Positions 49,114-59,755 of a DNA stretch of 64,000 nucleotides are shown in pieces (position 1 is the stretch's first letter; every line of letters starts with the position of its first letter). The position numbers and the translations under genes are program-made. Origin of the DNA: an uncultured Chloroflexia bacterium (GTDB lineage: Bacteria > Chloroflexota > UBA6077 > JACCZL01); the NCBI GenBank assembly GCA_963765765.1, contig CAVXYC010000023.1, positions 160,001 through 224,000 on the forward strand. The letters are read 5' to 3'. A model generated the notes under the pieces. It did not search any database and had not been told where the DNA came from. It saw only the letters and a program-made list of their open reading frames with translations.

Positions 49114-52020
49114 ATGGTCATTTCTCCGGAGCGCCATGTGGTCGGGTTGCCAACCGGAACGGTTACGTTCCTGTTTTCTGATATTGAAGGAAGTACCGTC
49201 CGCTGGGAGCATGCACCCGCGGCGATGTCGGTTGCCCTGGCACACCATGATGAAGTCATGCGCCAGTCCATTGAGTCTCGTTCTGGCGCCGTGTTCAAGA
49301 CGATTGGTGATGCATTCTGCGCGGCGTTCTCATCGCCCATTGATGCGATCGGCGCCGCCGCCAACGCCCAGCGTAGTCTCAATACCCATGAGTGGGTGGG
49401 CATTGAGCCGCTGCACGTGCGCATGGCCGTACACACAGGTGCTGCCGAGATTCGTGATGACGATTACTTTGGCCCACCGCTGAATCGCGTTTCGCGACTT
49501 CTCAGTACCGCGCATGGCGGGCAGGTGCTGCTAAGTCAGATCACCGCGGATCTCGTGCGCGATGAGCTCAATGACGGACTCATGCTTCTCGATCTAGGCG
49601 AGCATTTCCTGCGTGACATCGATCGCCCGGAGCGTATCTCGCAGCTTGCCGGTGAAGGGCTCGTTGAGTCCTTTCCACCGCTGCGTGCAAGCACCGTGCA
49701 CGTCAACAATCTTCCTCGAGCGCGAACAAAGTTCATTGCCCGCGAGAGTGAGCTCGAGCGGCTCCGCGAGCTGTTGCTCCGCGAGCGTGTCTCTCTGGTG
49801 ACCCTGACCGGACCGGGGGGAACGGGTAAGAGTCGCCTTGCGCTGGAGACCGCTGGACGACTCGCAGAGGAGTTCGAACACGGTGTGTGTTTTGTCCCGC
49901 TCTCGGCAGTAAGCGAAGCGGACATCGTGCCAACCGCGATTGCATCGGCGTTGGGGATCCCGGAGAGTGCGGCGGCCAGACCGCTGGATGGCGTCATCGG
50001 TTTTTTGGCCGGAAAGCGCTTGCTCATGGTGATCGACAATTTTGAGCAGGTCCTGGACGCGGCGTCGGTGCTGAGCGAGATACTCACCTCGGCTTCAGGC
50101 GTGAAGCTGCTGGTGACCAGCCGAGCATCGTTGCGCATCTCAGGTGAATATGAATTCCCGGTTGCCCCGCTGAGCGTTCCCGCGGATTCGAGCGTCACGG
50201 TGGACAGTGTCAATGTGTCGCCAGCTATGGCGCTTTTCGTAGATCGTGCCACTGCTGCGCGTCCCGGTTTCGTCATGGACGAGTCCAATGTGGCCGCCAT
50301 CGCAGAGATTTGTCGTCGACTGGATGGCTTGCCGCTGGCCATTGAGCTGGCGGCAGCGCGTATCAAGCTACTCTCGCCCGCGGCGATGCTGGCTCGTCTC
50401 GACCACCGACTCAACTTGCTGACCGGTGGCGCGCGCGATCTGCCCGAGCGCCAGCAGACGCTGCGCGGCGCGATCGACTGGAGCTACGAGCTACTGGACG
50501 AATCAGAGCGTCGACTCTTTCGCCGCCTGTCCGTTTTTAGCGGAGGCTGCACGCTGGAGGCGGCGGAGTACGTGGGCATCGGCCCGAACGATCCGGAGGA
50601 GATGGCGCCGGACATGCTGGACCTCGTGGCCTCTCTGCTGGACAAGAGTCTTATCCGCCAGGAAGAAGGCGAGCTGGAAGGGCGCTTCGGCATGCTCCAT
50701 ACCATCAGGGAATTCGGCTTGGAGCAGCTCGATGCGAGCGAATTCGATCGCGATGTTCGAGAGCGTCACGCCGAATATTTCCTGCAGCTCGCGGAAGCGG
50801 CGGCGCCCCAGTTAACGGGCCGGCAGCAATCGGAATCGCTCCGCCAGTTTGCTGTGGAGCATGACAATATTCGGGCGGCACTCGAAACGTACAAAGAATC
50901 CGCAAGTCATGAGCCTTTCGCGCGACTCGTGCTGGCAACGTGGTGGTTCTGGTATCTGCGCGGTCACTTACTCGAGGGTCGACGTTGGGTGGGTGAAGCA
51001 ATGGCAGTCCTGGGGGAGGATGATCGCAGCCCCTACAGCGCGCGGTTAGCCCTTGCATCAGGCTCATTGGCGGTGCTCCAGGCTGACTTTCCGCACGCTG
51101 AGCGAGTGTTGGAGCGCGGCTGGTTACTGACGCAGGAGCACGACGACCCGTGGTTGGCCGCACGCATTCTCGCGGTTCGCGCTCAGGCCGTCGGCTGGCA
51201 TGCCAATCAGCGCGACGCAGTGGACATGCTACGCCAGGCTGAGCGGGAACAGCGTCGGCTCAATGATCGCTGGGGGCTGGCGCTCACGCTGATGTTCCGA
51301 TCAATGCGGAGCTGGGCACTACGCGAGCGGACGGCGGCGGAGGAGTACGCCCAGGAAAGCACCAGCATATTCCAGGAGCTTGGGGATGAATGGGGCGCAG
51401 CGCTCTCCCCTGCAGTGCTTGCCCGTATTGCGATGGAGGAAGGCCGCTTCGAAGATGCGCGCGCGCATCTTAATAGAGCCTTGCGCCGTTGGACGCAGAC
51501 CGGGGATCGGTGGGCCCTGGGGCATGTGCTCAATGGCAAGGGCGACATCGCTCGCCTCGAGCGAAATTTCCAGGAGGCCGAGGCTCGCTACACCGAGAGC
51601 CTGGACATCTTCCGTGGATTTGGCAACAAGAACGGTATGGCCAGCGCACTGCACAATCTGGGGTACGTCCGTCTTTACCAGGACGAGCCAGTGCAAGCGG
51701 AAGCGCTGTTCCGTGAAAGTCTTGGGCTCTTTCAGGACCTTGACGACCGTCGGGGCGTTCTGGAGTGCCTTGTGGGCCTGGCGTGTGTGTCCGCGCACCT
51801 GGGGAATGGGGAGCGAGCCGCCTATCTATTCGGTGCCGCGGAAGGCGAGATGGATGCGCTAGGCATGACCCGTGAGGTGTCGAACGAGCGCGATTACGAG
51901 GACGGTGTGGCGATCGTGAAGTCGTTACTCACGTCAGAAGAGCTGGAATTCGAGTGGGACCGAGGTCGCCGGCTCAACTACGAGCAGGCGCTGGATACGG
52001 CGCTTCACACCAAAGCGTGA
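49114..52020 (+). CDS. Class III nucleotide cyclase + STAND NTPase + TPR protein
   Basis: FLFSDIEGST, KTIGDA, GPGGTGKS, IDNFE and LDGLPLAIELAAAR motifs; C-terminal TPRs. Confidence 0.92.
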   Translation: MVISPERHVVGLPTGTVTFLFSDIEGSTVRWEHAPAAMSVALAHHDEVMRQSIESRSGAVFKTIGDAFCAAFSSPIDAIGAAANAQRSLNTHEWVGIEPLHVRMAVHTGAAEIRDDDYFGPPLNRVSRLLSTAHGGQVLLSQITADLVRDELNDGLMLLDLGEHFLRDIDRPERISQLAGEGLVESFPPLRASTVHVNNLPRARTKFIARESELERLRELLLRERVSLVTLTGPGGTGKSRLALETAGRLAEEFEHGVCFVPLSAVSEADIVPTAIASALGIPESAAARPLDGVIGFLAGKRLLMVIDNFEQVLDAASVLSEILTSASGVKLLVTSRASLRISGEYEFPVAPLSVPADSSVTVDSVNVSPAMALFVDRATAARPGFVMDESNVAAIAEICRRLDGLPLAIELAAARIKLLSPAAMLARLDHRLNLLTGGARDLPERQQTLRGAIDWSYELLDESERRLFRRLSVFSGGCTLEAAEYVGIGPNDPEEMAPDMLDLVASLLDKSLIRQEEGELEGRFGMLHTIREFGLEQLDASEFDRDVRERHAEYFLQLAEAAAPQLTGRQQSESLRQFAVEHDNIRAALETYKESASHEPFARLVLATWWFWYLRGHLLEGRRWVGEAMAVLGEDDRSPYSARLALASGSLAVLQADFPHAERVLERGWLLTQEHDDPWLAARILAVRAQAVGWHANQRDAVDMLRQAEREQRRLNDRWGLALTLMFRSMRSWALRERTAAEEYAQESTSIFQELGDEWGAALSPAVLARIAMEEGRFEDARAHLNRALRRWTQTGDRWALGHVLNGKGDIARLERNFQEAEARYTESLDIFRGFGNKNGMASALHNLGYVRLYQDEPVQAEALFRESLGLFQDLDDRRGVLECLVGLACVSAHLGNGERAAYLFGAAEGEMDALGMTREVSNERDYEDGVAIVKSLLTSEELEFEWDRGRRLNYEQALDTALHTKA

Positions 52021-52167
52021 TACACACGTGACGCGTCCGGAAGTGCTTCCGCGAGGCGGAACGTACAAGCACTCGTTGAACAACGAGGGGCCAGGCATGC
52101 AATGTTGTGCTAGGATGCCGCGGCCTCACGTCATGATGGTGCCCAATCACGTGCACGAGGTAGTACA

Positions 52168-52756
52168 TTGCCGCTTCGCTTCCTGGGGCTGATTTCTGTA
52201 GTCGTGGCCGCACTCATTCTGGGCGTTGCTTCCGCATAAGCGGGCGACGATCCCTGTGCTGAGCCTAACGATCAGTCCGGCAGTCCGTGCACCCTTGAGC
52301 CCGATACTGAGGTGCAAGGCTTCATCGAGTCGTTCGACGACTGGGATGTGTACGCGATTAATGTCCAGGGCAATGGCGGCGCCCTCCGCGTCGACGTGAC
52401 TCCACCCGGGGTCTACCGCGTGGGTCTCTTTAGAACCGACGGTTCCGAGGCCGTGAAGCCGTTGGGGAGGGCGTGGCTCCTCGCCAATTCCGCGTTTTGG
52501 CGTGTCGGACGGGCGTTATTACATCCAGATCAATTCCGCGAGTGGCGATTTTAGTCCCAATCTGCCCTACAAGCTGTCGTACACGATCGAGTCGCAAGCA
52601 GCTGCAATGGCTGGAATTGAGCTAATCCAGGCCCGACCTCAGGATCTGGCTCTGCGGCTTGACGAGGCGGGCAAAGCGGCCAAGAAAACCAAGGATTCCA
52701 CCGGTACTTGGACATATGCCCGAAATGCTCTGGGCGGTGGCTCTCCAGGGTCGTAA
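52168..52756 (+). pseudogene. Disrupted secreted protein with EPND/PPC-like domain
   Basis: Signal peptide from TTG 52168, in-frame TAA at 52237, EPND...D.DVY, then a frameshift near 52490. Confidence 0.6.
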
Positions 52757-52767
52757 TGAGCTCACAC

Positions 52768-52818
52768 GAAAAGCGGCCAGCAGGTTTGCCATCCACAGAA
52801 CCTGCTGGCCGCATTTCG
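52768..52818. terminator. Hairpin between convergent genes (likely bidirectional terminator)
   Basis: GCGGCCAGCAGGTT ... AACCTGCTGGCCGC, flanked by AAAA and ATTT. Confidence 0.7.
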
Positions 52819-52841
52819 TCTCGAGGGAATGTGGTTCTTGA

Positions 52842-53954
52842 CTAGACTCCGTAGAGTGCTGAGGGGTTGTCTCTCAAGATATGCTCCGCGGTGGTTGAGG
52901 AGATGTCCTCTCGCGTTCGCATTTGAGTGACCAGGTGGACTTGTGCCGAAGGGTCGGCTGAGAGCCGATCGGTTGTCCCCGGTGTATGGTGCCCGTAATC
53001 AGTGCCGACCACAAGGTGATCTTCGCCGATGTACTTCATGAGGTACGGTAGATCTTCCTCAACTTCGTAGGAGATCCACATGTTGTATTTATCGAAGAGT
53101 CGAGGGCCCCAGAAATCCTCTTGCGCGCGAAGTGTTCCACGAAGCTGATACATCGCGAAGGGGACCCAGGAAGCGCCGGTCTCAATAAAGCCCCAGCGCA
53201 ATCGGGGGAACAGCTCCGGAACCTTGTTTGCTACCAGGTTACGGAATGCCACGATTGGAGGAAGCCGACCGTGAGTGAAGGTGTGGCTGCGGCGAATGTC
53301 AATGAGGTTATTGAGCGCCGGCGCACCCTGGCCCTGGTGGATGCAGATAGGTAACCCCAGTGACTGAGCCTCCTCGTAGACGGGAAAGAAATACGGATCG
53401 TCCAGTGTCTTATCGCCTTCGATTCCTCTGAAGAAGACACCGCAGGCGCCGTTCTCCTTACCGAAACGTAGCTCGGCGATGCTCGCATCGATATCACGGA
53501 GCGGCGGGATGACGACGTAGCGAACTTTGTTGTCAGCTTTGGACCAGACATCTGCCAGGAAGCGGTTGTAAGCCTTGCACAGCTCCACTTCGTACGGGGC
53601 GTCATGTGTGAGGTACGCCAGAAATAGGGTAGGGTAGACGACCTGAACGTCCACCTTGGTTGCCTTCATATCCTCGAACCGCATGGTGAGGTCAAGGAGC
53701 TCGCGTGCCTTGACATCTACTCGATCTCGAACGTTTGACTGCGAGGTAGGGGTGACCAGGAAGTTGCCGCCCCGGCCAGCGGGTTTGGGATAAATCTGCC
53801 CATCGATAAGCCACATCCGGTCGACGCCACCGTAGAGCGTATCGTTGGGAACCTGGACCACGACAGGGCGGCGCGGATACCACGCCGGATCAAGAAAATT
53901 CCACATCTCCTGTGGTTCAGCGATGTGAGTGTCAGCGTCGATAACACTGGCCAT
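52842..53954 (-). CDS. Amidohydrolase-2 family metal-dependent hydrolase
   Basis: IDADTH, AYNR, PICIH, FIETG and GTDYGH motifs. Confidence 0.9.
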   Translation of the reverse strand: MASVIDADTHIAEPQEMWNFLDPAWYPRRPVVVQVPNDTLYGGVDRMWLIDGQIYPKPAGRGGNFLVTPTSQSNVRDRVDVKARELLDLTMRFEDMKATKVDVQVVYPTLFLAYLTHDAPYEVELCKAYNRFLADVWSKADNKVRYVVIPPLRDIDASIAELRFGKENGACGVFFRGIEGDKTLDDPYFFPVYEEAQSLGLPICIHQGQGAPALNNLIDIRRSHTFTHGRLPPIVAFRNLVANKVPELFPRLRWGFIETGASWVPFAMYQLRGTLRAQEDFWGPRLFDKYNMWISYEVEEDLPYLMKYIGEDHLVVGTDYGHHTPGTTDRLSADPSAQVHLVTQMRTREDISSTTAEHILRDNPSALYGV

Positions 53955-55048
53955 GGCTCTACCTCCGGACCCGTTTAAAGCGTCAAGTGCACGGTCTCAG
54001 TATGGTCGGCATGAGATGGGTCGTCAAGCGAAACGACGCTTCCACTCTGGTCCGGTGAACACGGCACCGTACAGCGACAGAAGGTGAGATAGCCCGTAGC
54101 GCGGTGGTCTTGCGCCATTGGAATGCTCGTCAAATCGCTGAGCTGAGGTGGCAGTCCCGGAGTGGGTTACAGAGACGGCCATCCAGCGAGACTTTCACGG
54201 TAATGCCGACGAACGAAATGGCCCCCGTGGCACCTGTCGCGGCGGCTATCGCGAAGAGCTCGTTCGAATCGGCCGCTGACACGCAGACCGCTGCGTGGGC
54301 CATCCCATCGATAGCGACTGTGCTCCCTGATGCCGTCGGCGACAGCTCATTTGTCGGAATAGGGCGCTCGCGGAAGTCGCCGACAGCGTGGATGCAACTC
54401 GCAGAGCTTATTGGTCCCGAGGTGGCATTGTGACGCTCGAAAGATCGGCTATTGACGCGATGTAAGTGAGGAAGGATTCGCCATTCCGCTCGACCAAATA
54501 CATCAAGCGGTCGGCGCGGAGCTCATCGGCCGCGTCGACGCCATGCTCCAAGTCCAAGCTAGTAGTGATGCCCGAAGCGCAATCCCCGATACCGCTCTCA
54601 ACGGGCAAGTCGTTCGAGCCACCCCATTGTTGCAAGGGCCAGCTTCCCAGACCCTTGGTTCGATGCCATTCAGCCCCGCTCAGGCGTCTTCTCGGGAACA
54701 ACGGGGATATCCACGCTTAACCAGTACATAACTGCATTAGTCGGAGACTTGCCTATGGCAGGACTTCTCCGCCATAAGGTCACTTTGACCGCGGCATAAG
54801 GGACACTGCGCCGGTATCCGGTCGGAGAACCGCGCATAACTTTGCACGAAACGAATGTACTGTTCTGGTTGTTCGCCCGTTACAGTGATAATTACGCGGA
54901 ACTCGCAGGTGCTTCCAAGGTAGCGTTTGTACGCTGAGATTGTTGTGCCTTCGGCTATCCAGAGATATGCTCTGGTGGGCGAGGCTCACCCTTTTCTTGA
55001 AGTTCAGGGAGCCTCCAATTGATCTCGTCCGTTCCGCTACCGAACAAT

Positions 55049-55861
55049 ATGACTTCTGAATTCGTCCCGTTGCGCCCAATGCTCCACGCGATGGAATCAA
55101 CTGTTCCGCCTCTCGATTCGATCCTGCAAGAGTTCGAGGGCTCTAGTCTGGAACAGCTAGACCGAGTGGCGCTTTTGAATCGCATCGACACTAAGTTTCT
55201 GCTTGCAGAATCGGTAGCGCTCTCAATTCTGCCTGAGCTTCTTGAAAGTTATCGTATGCTGGACATCCGAGGTATTCGACAGCATCGATATCGCACCATC
55301 TATTTCGATACGCCGCTGTGGCATCTCTACGAGCAGCATCGAACCGCGCAGATTATCCGTCATAAGGTCCGGAGTCGTGCCTATCTCGATAGCGGCACTT
55401 CTTTCCTGGAGGTCAAGTCCAAAGACAATCAGGGACGTACCATTAAGGTCCGCACTGCTACTCCTGAGCTCATGATTGAGCTCACGCCCGCAGGAGTTGA
55501 GTTCGTGGCTCCTTTCCTGGAGCTTGACGCGGCATCCCTGCACCTGGTTCTTCAGAATGAGTTCACACGGATTACCCTCGTGCACAAGGAAGACGCTGAG
55601 CGGCTGACTCTGGACTTCGGGTTGCGATTCGAACACAACGGAATGGGCTTCTCCCTTCCAGGCGTTGTCATTGCCGAGGTAAAGCAAAGCGGATTGAATC
55701 CCGAGTCGCGGTTCCTGCAGTCAATGACAGCCATTGAAGAGCCGCCCAGCAGCGTGAGCAAATATTGTGTTGGGGTCGGTCGTCTCTATCCGGACATCGA
55801 CAGCGAGGCATTCGGCACGAAACTCACGGCGCTTGACCTACTGAGAGCCACGGAATCCTGA
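55049..55861 (+). CDS. VTC (polyphosphate polymerase/CYTH-like) domain protein
   Basis: LLNRIDTKF, YRTIYFDT, KVRSRAY, FLEVK, ERLTLD and SKYC motifs. Confidence 0.88.
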   Translation: MTSEFVPLRPMLHAMESTVPPLDSILQEFEGSSLEQLDRVALLNRIDTKFLLAESVALSILPELLESYRMLDIRGIRQHRYRTIYFDTPLWHLYEQHRTAQIIRHKVRSRAYLDSGTSFLEVKSKDNQGRTIKVRTATPELMIELTPAGVEFVAPFLELDAASLHLVLQNEFTRITLVHKEDAERLTLDFGLRFEHNGMGFSLPGVVIAEVKQSGLNPESRFLQSMTAIEEPPSSVSKYCVGVGRLYPDIDSEAFGTKLTALDLLRATES

Positions 55862-56361
55862 ACAGCGTCTCACTGTACAGACCGTTGGAAAGAAGCACCA
55901 TGGCAGTGAGCCCGCCCTGCCCAGTGACCGTAAGTCAGTCGCGCGGTTGAGGTCTGATATCCGTTAGATCGAGCGCGTCGCTAGACCCTGGTGAGCGTGG
56001 GGCGCCCAGAAGGGTTGCCACTCGGCGCCCTCGTGCAAGTAATCCAAGCTCCCCGTCATGACAGTTTCGCTGTCGGTAAAGTCATGACGCATCAAACATC
56101 TCACCATCTTCACGCCACGAGCCGACGAAGGCGCCAGGTTGTTATTGCGCGTTTTCCGCGGTATTCGCCGATGCCGATATCGAGTTGATTGACTTCTAAT
56201 CGGAATCAATGAGGCCTCCTCTCGTTCAATCGTTCTTTAGAGGAGACCCTCGGATGGAAACTGCCTTTCCACAGCGCTCCAAGCTGTTTCCAAGGAACGC
56301 CTCGTAGAGTGTTGCCGCGGGTTGACATGTCCCGTGTATTAGACAAACTAGGAGAGACATT

Positions 56362-57042
56362 GTGAAATCGGTACGATGGGCGTTCCTGTCCGCCATCGGA
56401 TTCATTGCCGTTATTGGAACCATTGCATTCGCGACGGGGCAGACGGCTAGCGGATCCGCGAACGTGGGTCAGCAAGCGGCGCTGGCGCCGGGATCGACAG
56501 CCGACAGCGCCGATAAGCAGGCACTCCAGATTATCGCGGCGGAGTCAGAAGCGCGATTCGTCATCGATGAAGTACTCGCGGGCTCGCCGAAGACAGTTGT
56601 GGGCGCGACACATGAGATTTCAGGCCATGTCAACATCGATTCAAAGAGGGCAGACGAGGCCTCGGGCGTGATCGTTATTGATGCACGGACATTCAGCACG
56701 GATAGCAGTCAGCGGGATCGGGCCATTCAAAGCTTTGTGCTCAAGACGAATCAGCATGAGGTGGTGAGGTTCACACCGACTCGGCTTACGGGCCTGGACA
56801 GCGCGGTTATCGGCGAGACTGTTCCGATGACGATTGGCGGCAACCTCACCATAGGTGGAGTCGAGCGCCCGGTCAATTTCGATGCGCTGGTGACTCGGGA
56901 AACCCCCGGCCGAGTCTCAGGCAACGCTAGTACGGTCATTCGGTACGCCGAGTGGGGCATCGCAATACCGCAGGTTCCGCTCGTGTCGAGCGTCGCGGAC
57001 AATGTCCGGTTGGAGATCCATTTCTCAGCAGCGGCCGCGTAG
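56362..57042 (+). CDS. YceI-family secreted lipid/polyisoprenoid-binding protein
   Basis: Signal peptide; SEARF, TDSSQRD and GNLTI motifs. Confidence 0.85.
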   Translation: MKSVRWAFLSAIGFIAVIGTIAFATGQTASGSANVGQQAALAPGSTADSADKQALQIIAAESEARFVIDEVLAGSPKTVVGATHEISGHVNIDSKRADEASGVIVIDARTFSTDSSQRDRAIQSFVLKTNQHEVVRFTPTRLTGLDSAVIGETVPMTIGGNLTIGGVERPVNFDALVTRETPGRVSGNASTVIRYAEWGIAIPQVPLVSSVADNVRLEIHFSAAAA

Positions 57043-57141
57043 GCTGGCTCCAATCCCGCAACCGCGCGCACGCTCGAATCATCTTGGCAGAGATAAGCCC
57101 GAGTGTCTGAAGGCACTCGGGCTTGCGTGTCCGCCTGTACG

Positions 57142-57483
57142 CTAAAGGATTTCGAAGGTGCCCTCGACCGGGTACCAATCCTTAACGCCCGAAGCGATTC
57201 CAACCATGTGATGGTTCTTGAAGTTCAGGGCGACCGTCAGCGTATAGCCTGATGCGCCGAGGTAGGAGACGAGATAGACGTCGTCTGACACCTGGACCGC
57301 TGAGTACTCCTTCTCGCGGGTCCACTTCTCGCCCTTCTTCGCGTTCGAGGCGCGGTACTCCACAGAGCCGTCCTCATGGAACTCGTGATCGTGGCTGGAC
57401 CCCTTCGTGGGTCCGTCCTGCCATGTGAATCGGATCTTCTTTCCGCGGACGGCGTCCGCTAATTGCACTGTGGCTACTGCCAT
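57142..57483 (-). CDS. MoaF-related beta-barrel protein
   Basis: FTWQDGPTKG and VYLVSYL..SGYTLTVALNF motifs. Confidence 0.65.
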   Translation of the reverse strand: MAVATVQLADAVRGKKIRFTWQDGPTKGSSHDHEFHEDGSVEYRASNAKKGEKWTREKEYSAVQVSDDVYLVSYLGASGYTLTVALNFKNHHMVGIASGVKDWYPVEGTFEIL

Positions 57484-57708
57484 GATTCTCACTCCCGCGA
57501 CAGACCAGTTCGTATCCCTGGAATGCCTCTATGAGATGGAGTAGTGGGTCGCAATAGGCATGCCGCGCGCTGCTGGCTCCTGGTCGCATAAGGTCGGTTT
57601 CAGAGCCCGATCGTGCTACCCTGCATCGCGCGCAATTTGTTTGGAGAGCGATGAGCGTCGCTCCAACATGAGAAAGAGCCGCTCCCAACGATGGTGGAGG
57701 GTACCAGT

Positions 57709-59070
57709 ATGGATGCAACTACACGATTGCTCGCGTCATACGCAGCGGATATCTCCTATGACGCGCTCACGCCATCGGCAATCCACGAGTGTAAGCGCCG
57801 CATTATTGATACGCTCGCGTGTGCCACGGCCTCGTTTGACGCTGAGCCCGTGGCCATCGCACGCCGTATGGCTCGATCTCGCTCCAGTACGCATCCTTCA
57901 AGGGTGCTGGGCGACGGAACTCGTACCACGCCCGAGCAGGCGGCGTTTGTGAATGGGGCGATGGTGCGGTTCCTGGATTGGAACGACACCATCATTGCCG
58001 AGGGCTCTGGGCATCCGAGCGACGCGTTCGGTGCCGTGTTAGCGATAGCGGATTACCGTGGGCTGGGCGGACGCGAGGTCATGCTAGGCACGGTCGCGGC
58101 GTACGAGATGTTCCGAGCGATTGCCGCCCAGGTGAACTTACGTGAGCGCGGCTGGGATCAAAGTCTTTATCTCGTACTTGGTGCAGCGGCGGCCGCGGGC
58201 CGCATTCTGGGACTGACTAGCGATCAGCTTGGTCAGGCGATCTCCATCGCGGTCACAGCCAACATTGCTACTCGCCAGACGCGCGCCGGCGAGCTAAGCA
58301 TGTGGAAAGGCCTGGCTACACCGCTGGCTGCCAGCAATGGCGTCCTGGCGGCAATGATGGCAGCCGCGGGAATGGCAGGGCCCACAGAAGCATTTGAAGG
58401 ACATCACGGCATCTGGGACCAGGTGACTGGCCCGCTCACTCTGGGACCTCTTGGAAACCAAGGCGGCCAGCCGTTCGCCATTGAGACGTCTCACTTGAAG
58501 TTTTACCCGGCCGAAGCGCATTCGCAGGTGCCAGTTCAGATGGCAGTTGCACTGCGGGGCAAGGTCGCCATGGAAGACATTGAAAGCATCCACGTAAGCA
58601 CATACTGGATGACCTACAGCGAAATTGGGAGTGAGACGGCAAAGTGGGATCCACGCACGCGTGAGACCGCGGACCATAGCTTGCCGTATTTGATGGCTGT
58701 GGCGCTGCAGGACGGCACTATCGGCACTCGAAGCTTTGAGATGGAGCGCATTCTGGATCCAGAGCTTCGGCCAATCATGCAGCGCATCACGGTTAGTGAG
58801 GATCCGGAGCTCACAGCAAAGTTTCCGACGACCATGACGAGCCGCATTGATGTGCGGACTCGCTCCGGTGAGCGAATCACCGATGAGGCGAGCTACCCCA
58901 AAGGCCATCTCCAGAATCCGATGTCAGATGAGGAGGTTGCCGCCAAGTTCATGCAGGCATGCACGCCGCGCTTGGGCGAGACGCGTGCGCGGCATGCTCT
59001 CGCGCTCCTCTGGGATCTGGAGAACCAGGTAGGCCTCGACGCGCTGTTCTCCGCGTTCGCCCAAGCGTAG
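57709..59070 (+). CDS. MmgE/PrpD family protein (2-methylcitrate dehydratase-like)
   Basis: RFLDWND, GHPSD, GELSMWKG, RETADHSLPY and PKGH..NP motifs. Confidence 0.92.
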   Translation: MDATTRLLASYAADISYDALTPSAIHECKRRIIDTLACATASFDAEPVAIARRMARSRSSTHPSRVLGDGTRTTPEQAAFVNGAMVRFLDWNDTIIAEGSGHPSDAFGAVLAIADYRGLGGREVMLGTVAAYEMFRAIAAQVNLRERGWDQSLYLVLGAAAAAGRILGLTSDQLGQAISIAVTANIATRQTRAGELSMWKGLATPLAASNGVLAAMMAAAGMAGPTEAFEGHHGIWDQVTGPLTLGPLGNQGGQPFAIETSHLKFYPAEAHSQVPVQMAVALRGKVAMEDIESIHVSTYWMTYSEIGSETAKWDPRTRETADHSLPYLMAVALQDGTIGTRSFEMERILDPELRPIMQRITVSEDPELTAKFPTTMTSRIDVRTRSGERITDEASYPKGHLQNPMSDEEVAAKFMQACTPRLGETRARHALALLWDLENQVGLDALFSAFAQA

Positions 59071-59397
59071 CTGGCGTTCTCCCGGTAGGGGTAAGCAGCC
59101 GCCTAGAGATCCGTCGCCCGCACTTCTGTGCAGCGGCCTATGAGCTCGACTGACGATGACCCTGCTCAGCGATCCTATCGATGATTTCGGCTGCCCGATC
59201 GTCTGCTGGTTGAGCATCTAGCGCGCTCATCATAACTCCCGGCGGCCAGTGGTCCCGGCGTCGCGAGTATGCCGTTGAGTGAGGCAAGAACCTGGACCGC
59301 GGCGGCTTGACCGCTGTTGAGCCGGCGGGCGGCCGAATGCGTATGCGTTCCGCGCTAGCAGAAAGCGCGAAGACCGCTGCGATCCAGAAAGGCAGGC

Positions 59398-59598
59398 TTA
59401 GTTCAGCTCAGGCGCTTTCACCGACTCGAACGTGTCCTGATTCACGAAGCGAAAAAGCCTTGTTCCTTCCACTTCGGCAACCAGGGCAAACCGCGTCTGC
59501 TTCTTACCGCCCGAGGTCTCGCGAGTGAAGCGTTGTTTCTTCACCTGATTCTCATTCACGTTCACCTTTGACTTCGTCTTCACGTTGTAGAACTCCAT
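59398..59598 (-). CDS. Small basic beta protein, CC1/DUF5679-like
   Basis: 66 aa with GGAGG RBS; Lys/Arg-rich MEFYNVKTK...RFALVAEVEGTRLFRFV. Confidence 0.75.
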   Translation of the reverse strand: MEFYNVKTKSKVNVNENQVKKQRFTRETSGGKKQTRFALVAEVEGTRLFRFVNQDTFESVKAPELN

Positions 59599-59755
59599 CC
59601 ATTCCTCCACGTTGGCAGGCATTCAATTGCTTAGTCCGCAGGGTCAGTGCCAACTGGGCTGATGGAATTGTTCTAGAGCGGCTGACCGCATGAGGAAGTC
59701 GCCTGCAACGGGGGTCAGCCTCCGGTTAGAGCTTTTCCACTACCACCTGCGCGGA

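Noticed and set aside
49114-52020. STAND-TPR protein as an Avs-type antiphage system
   Set aside because: The cyclase-STAND-TPR architecture is a common signalling family in Chloroflexota and Actinomycetota; no nuclease effector or defence context.
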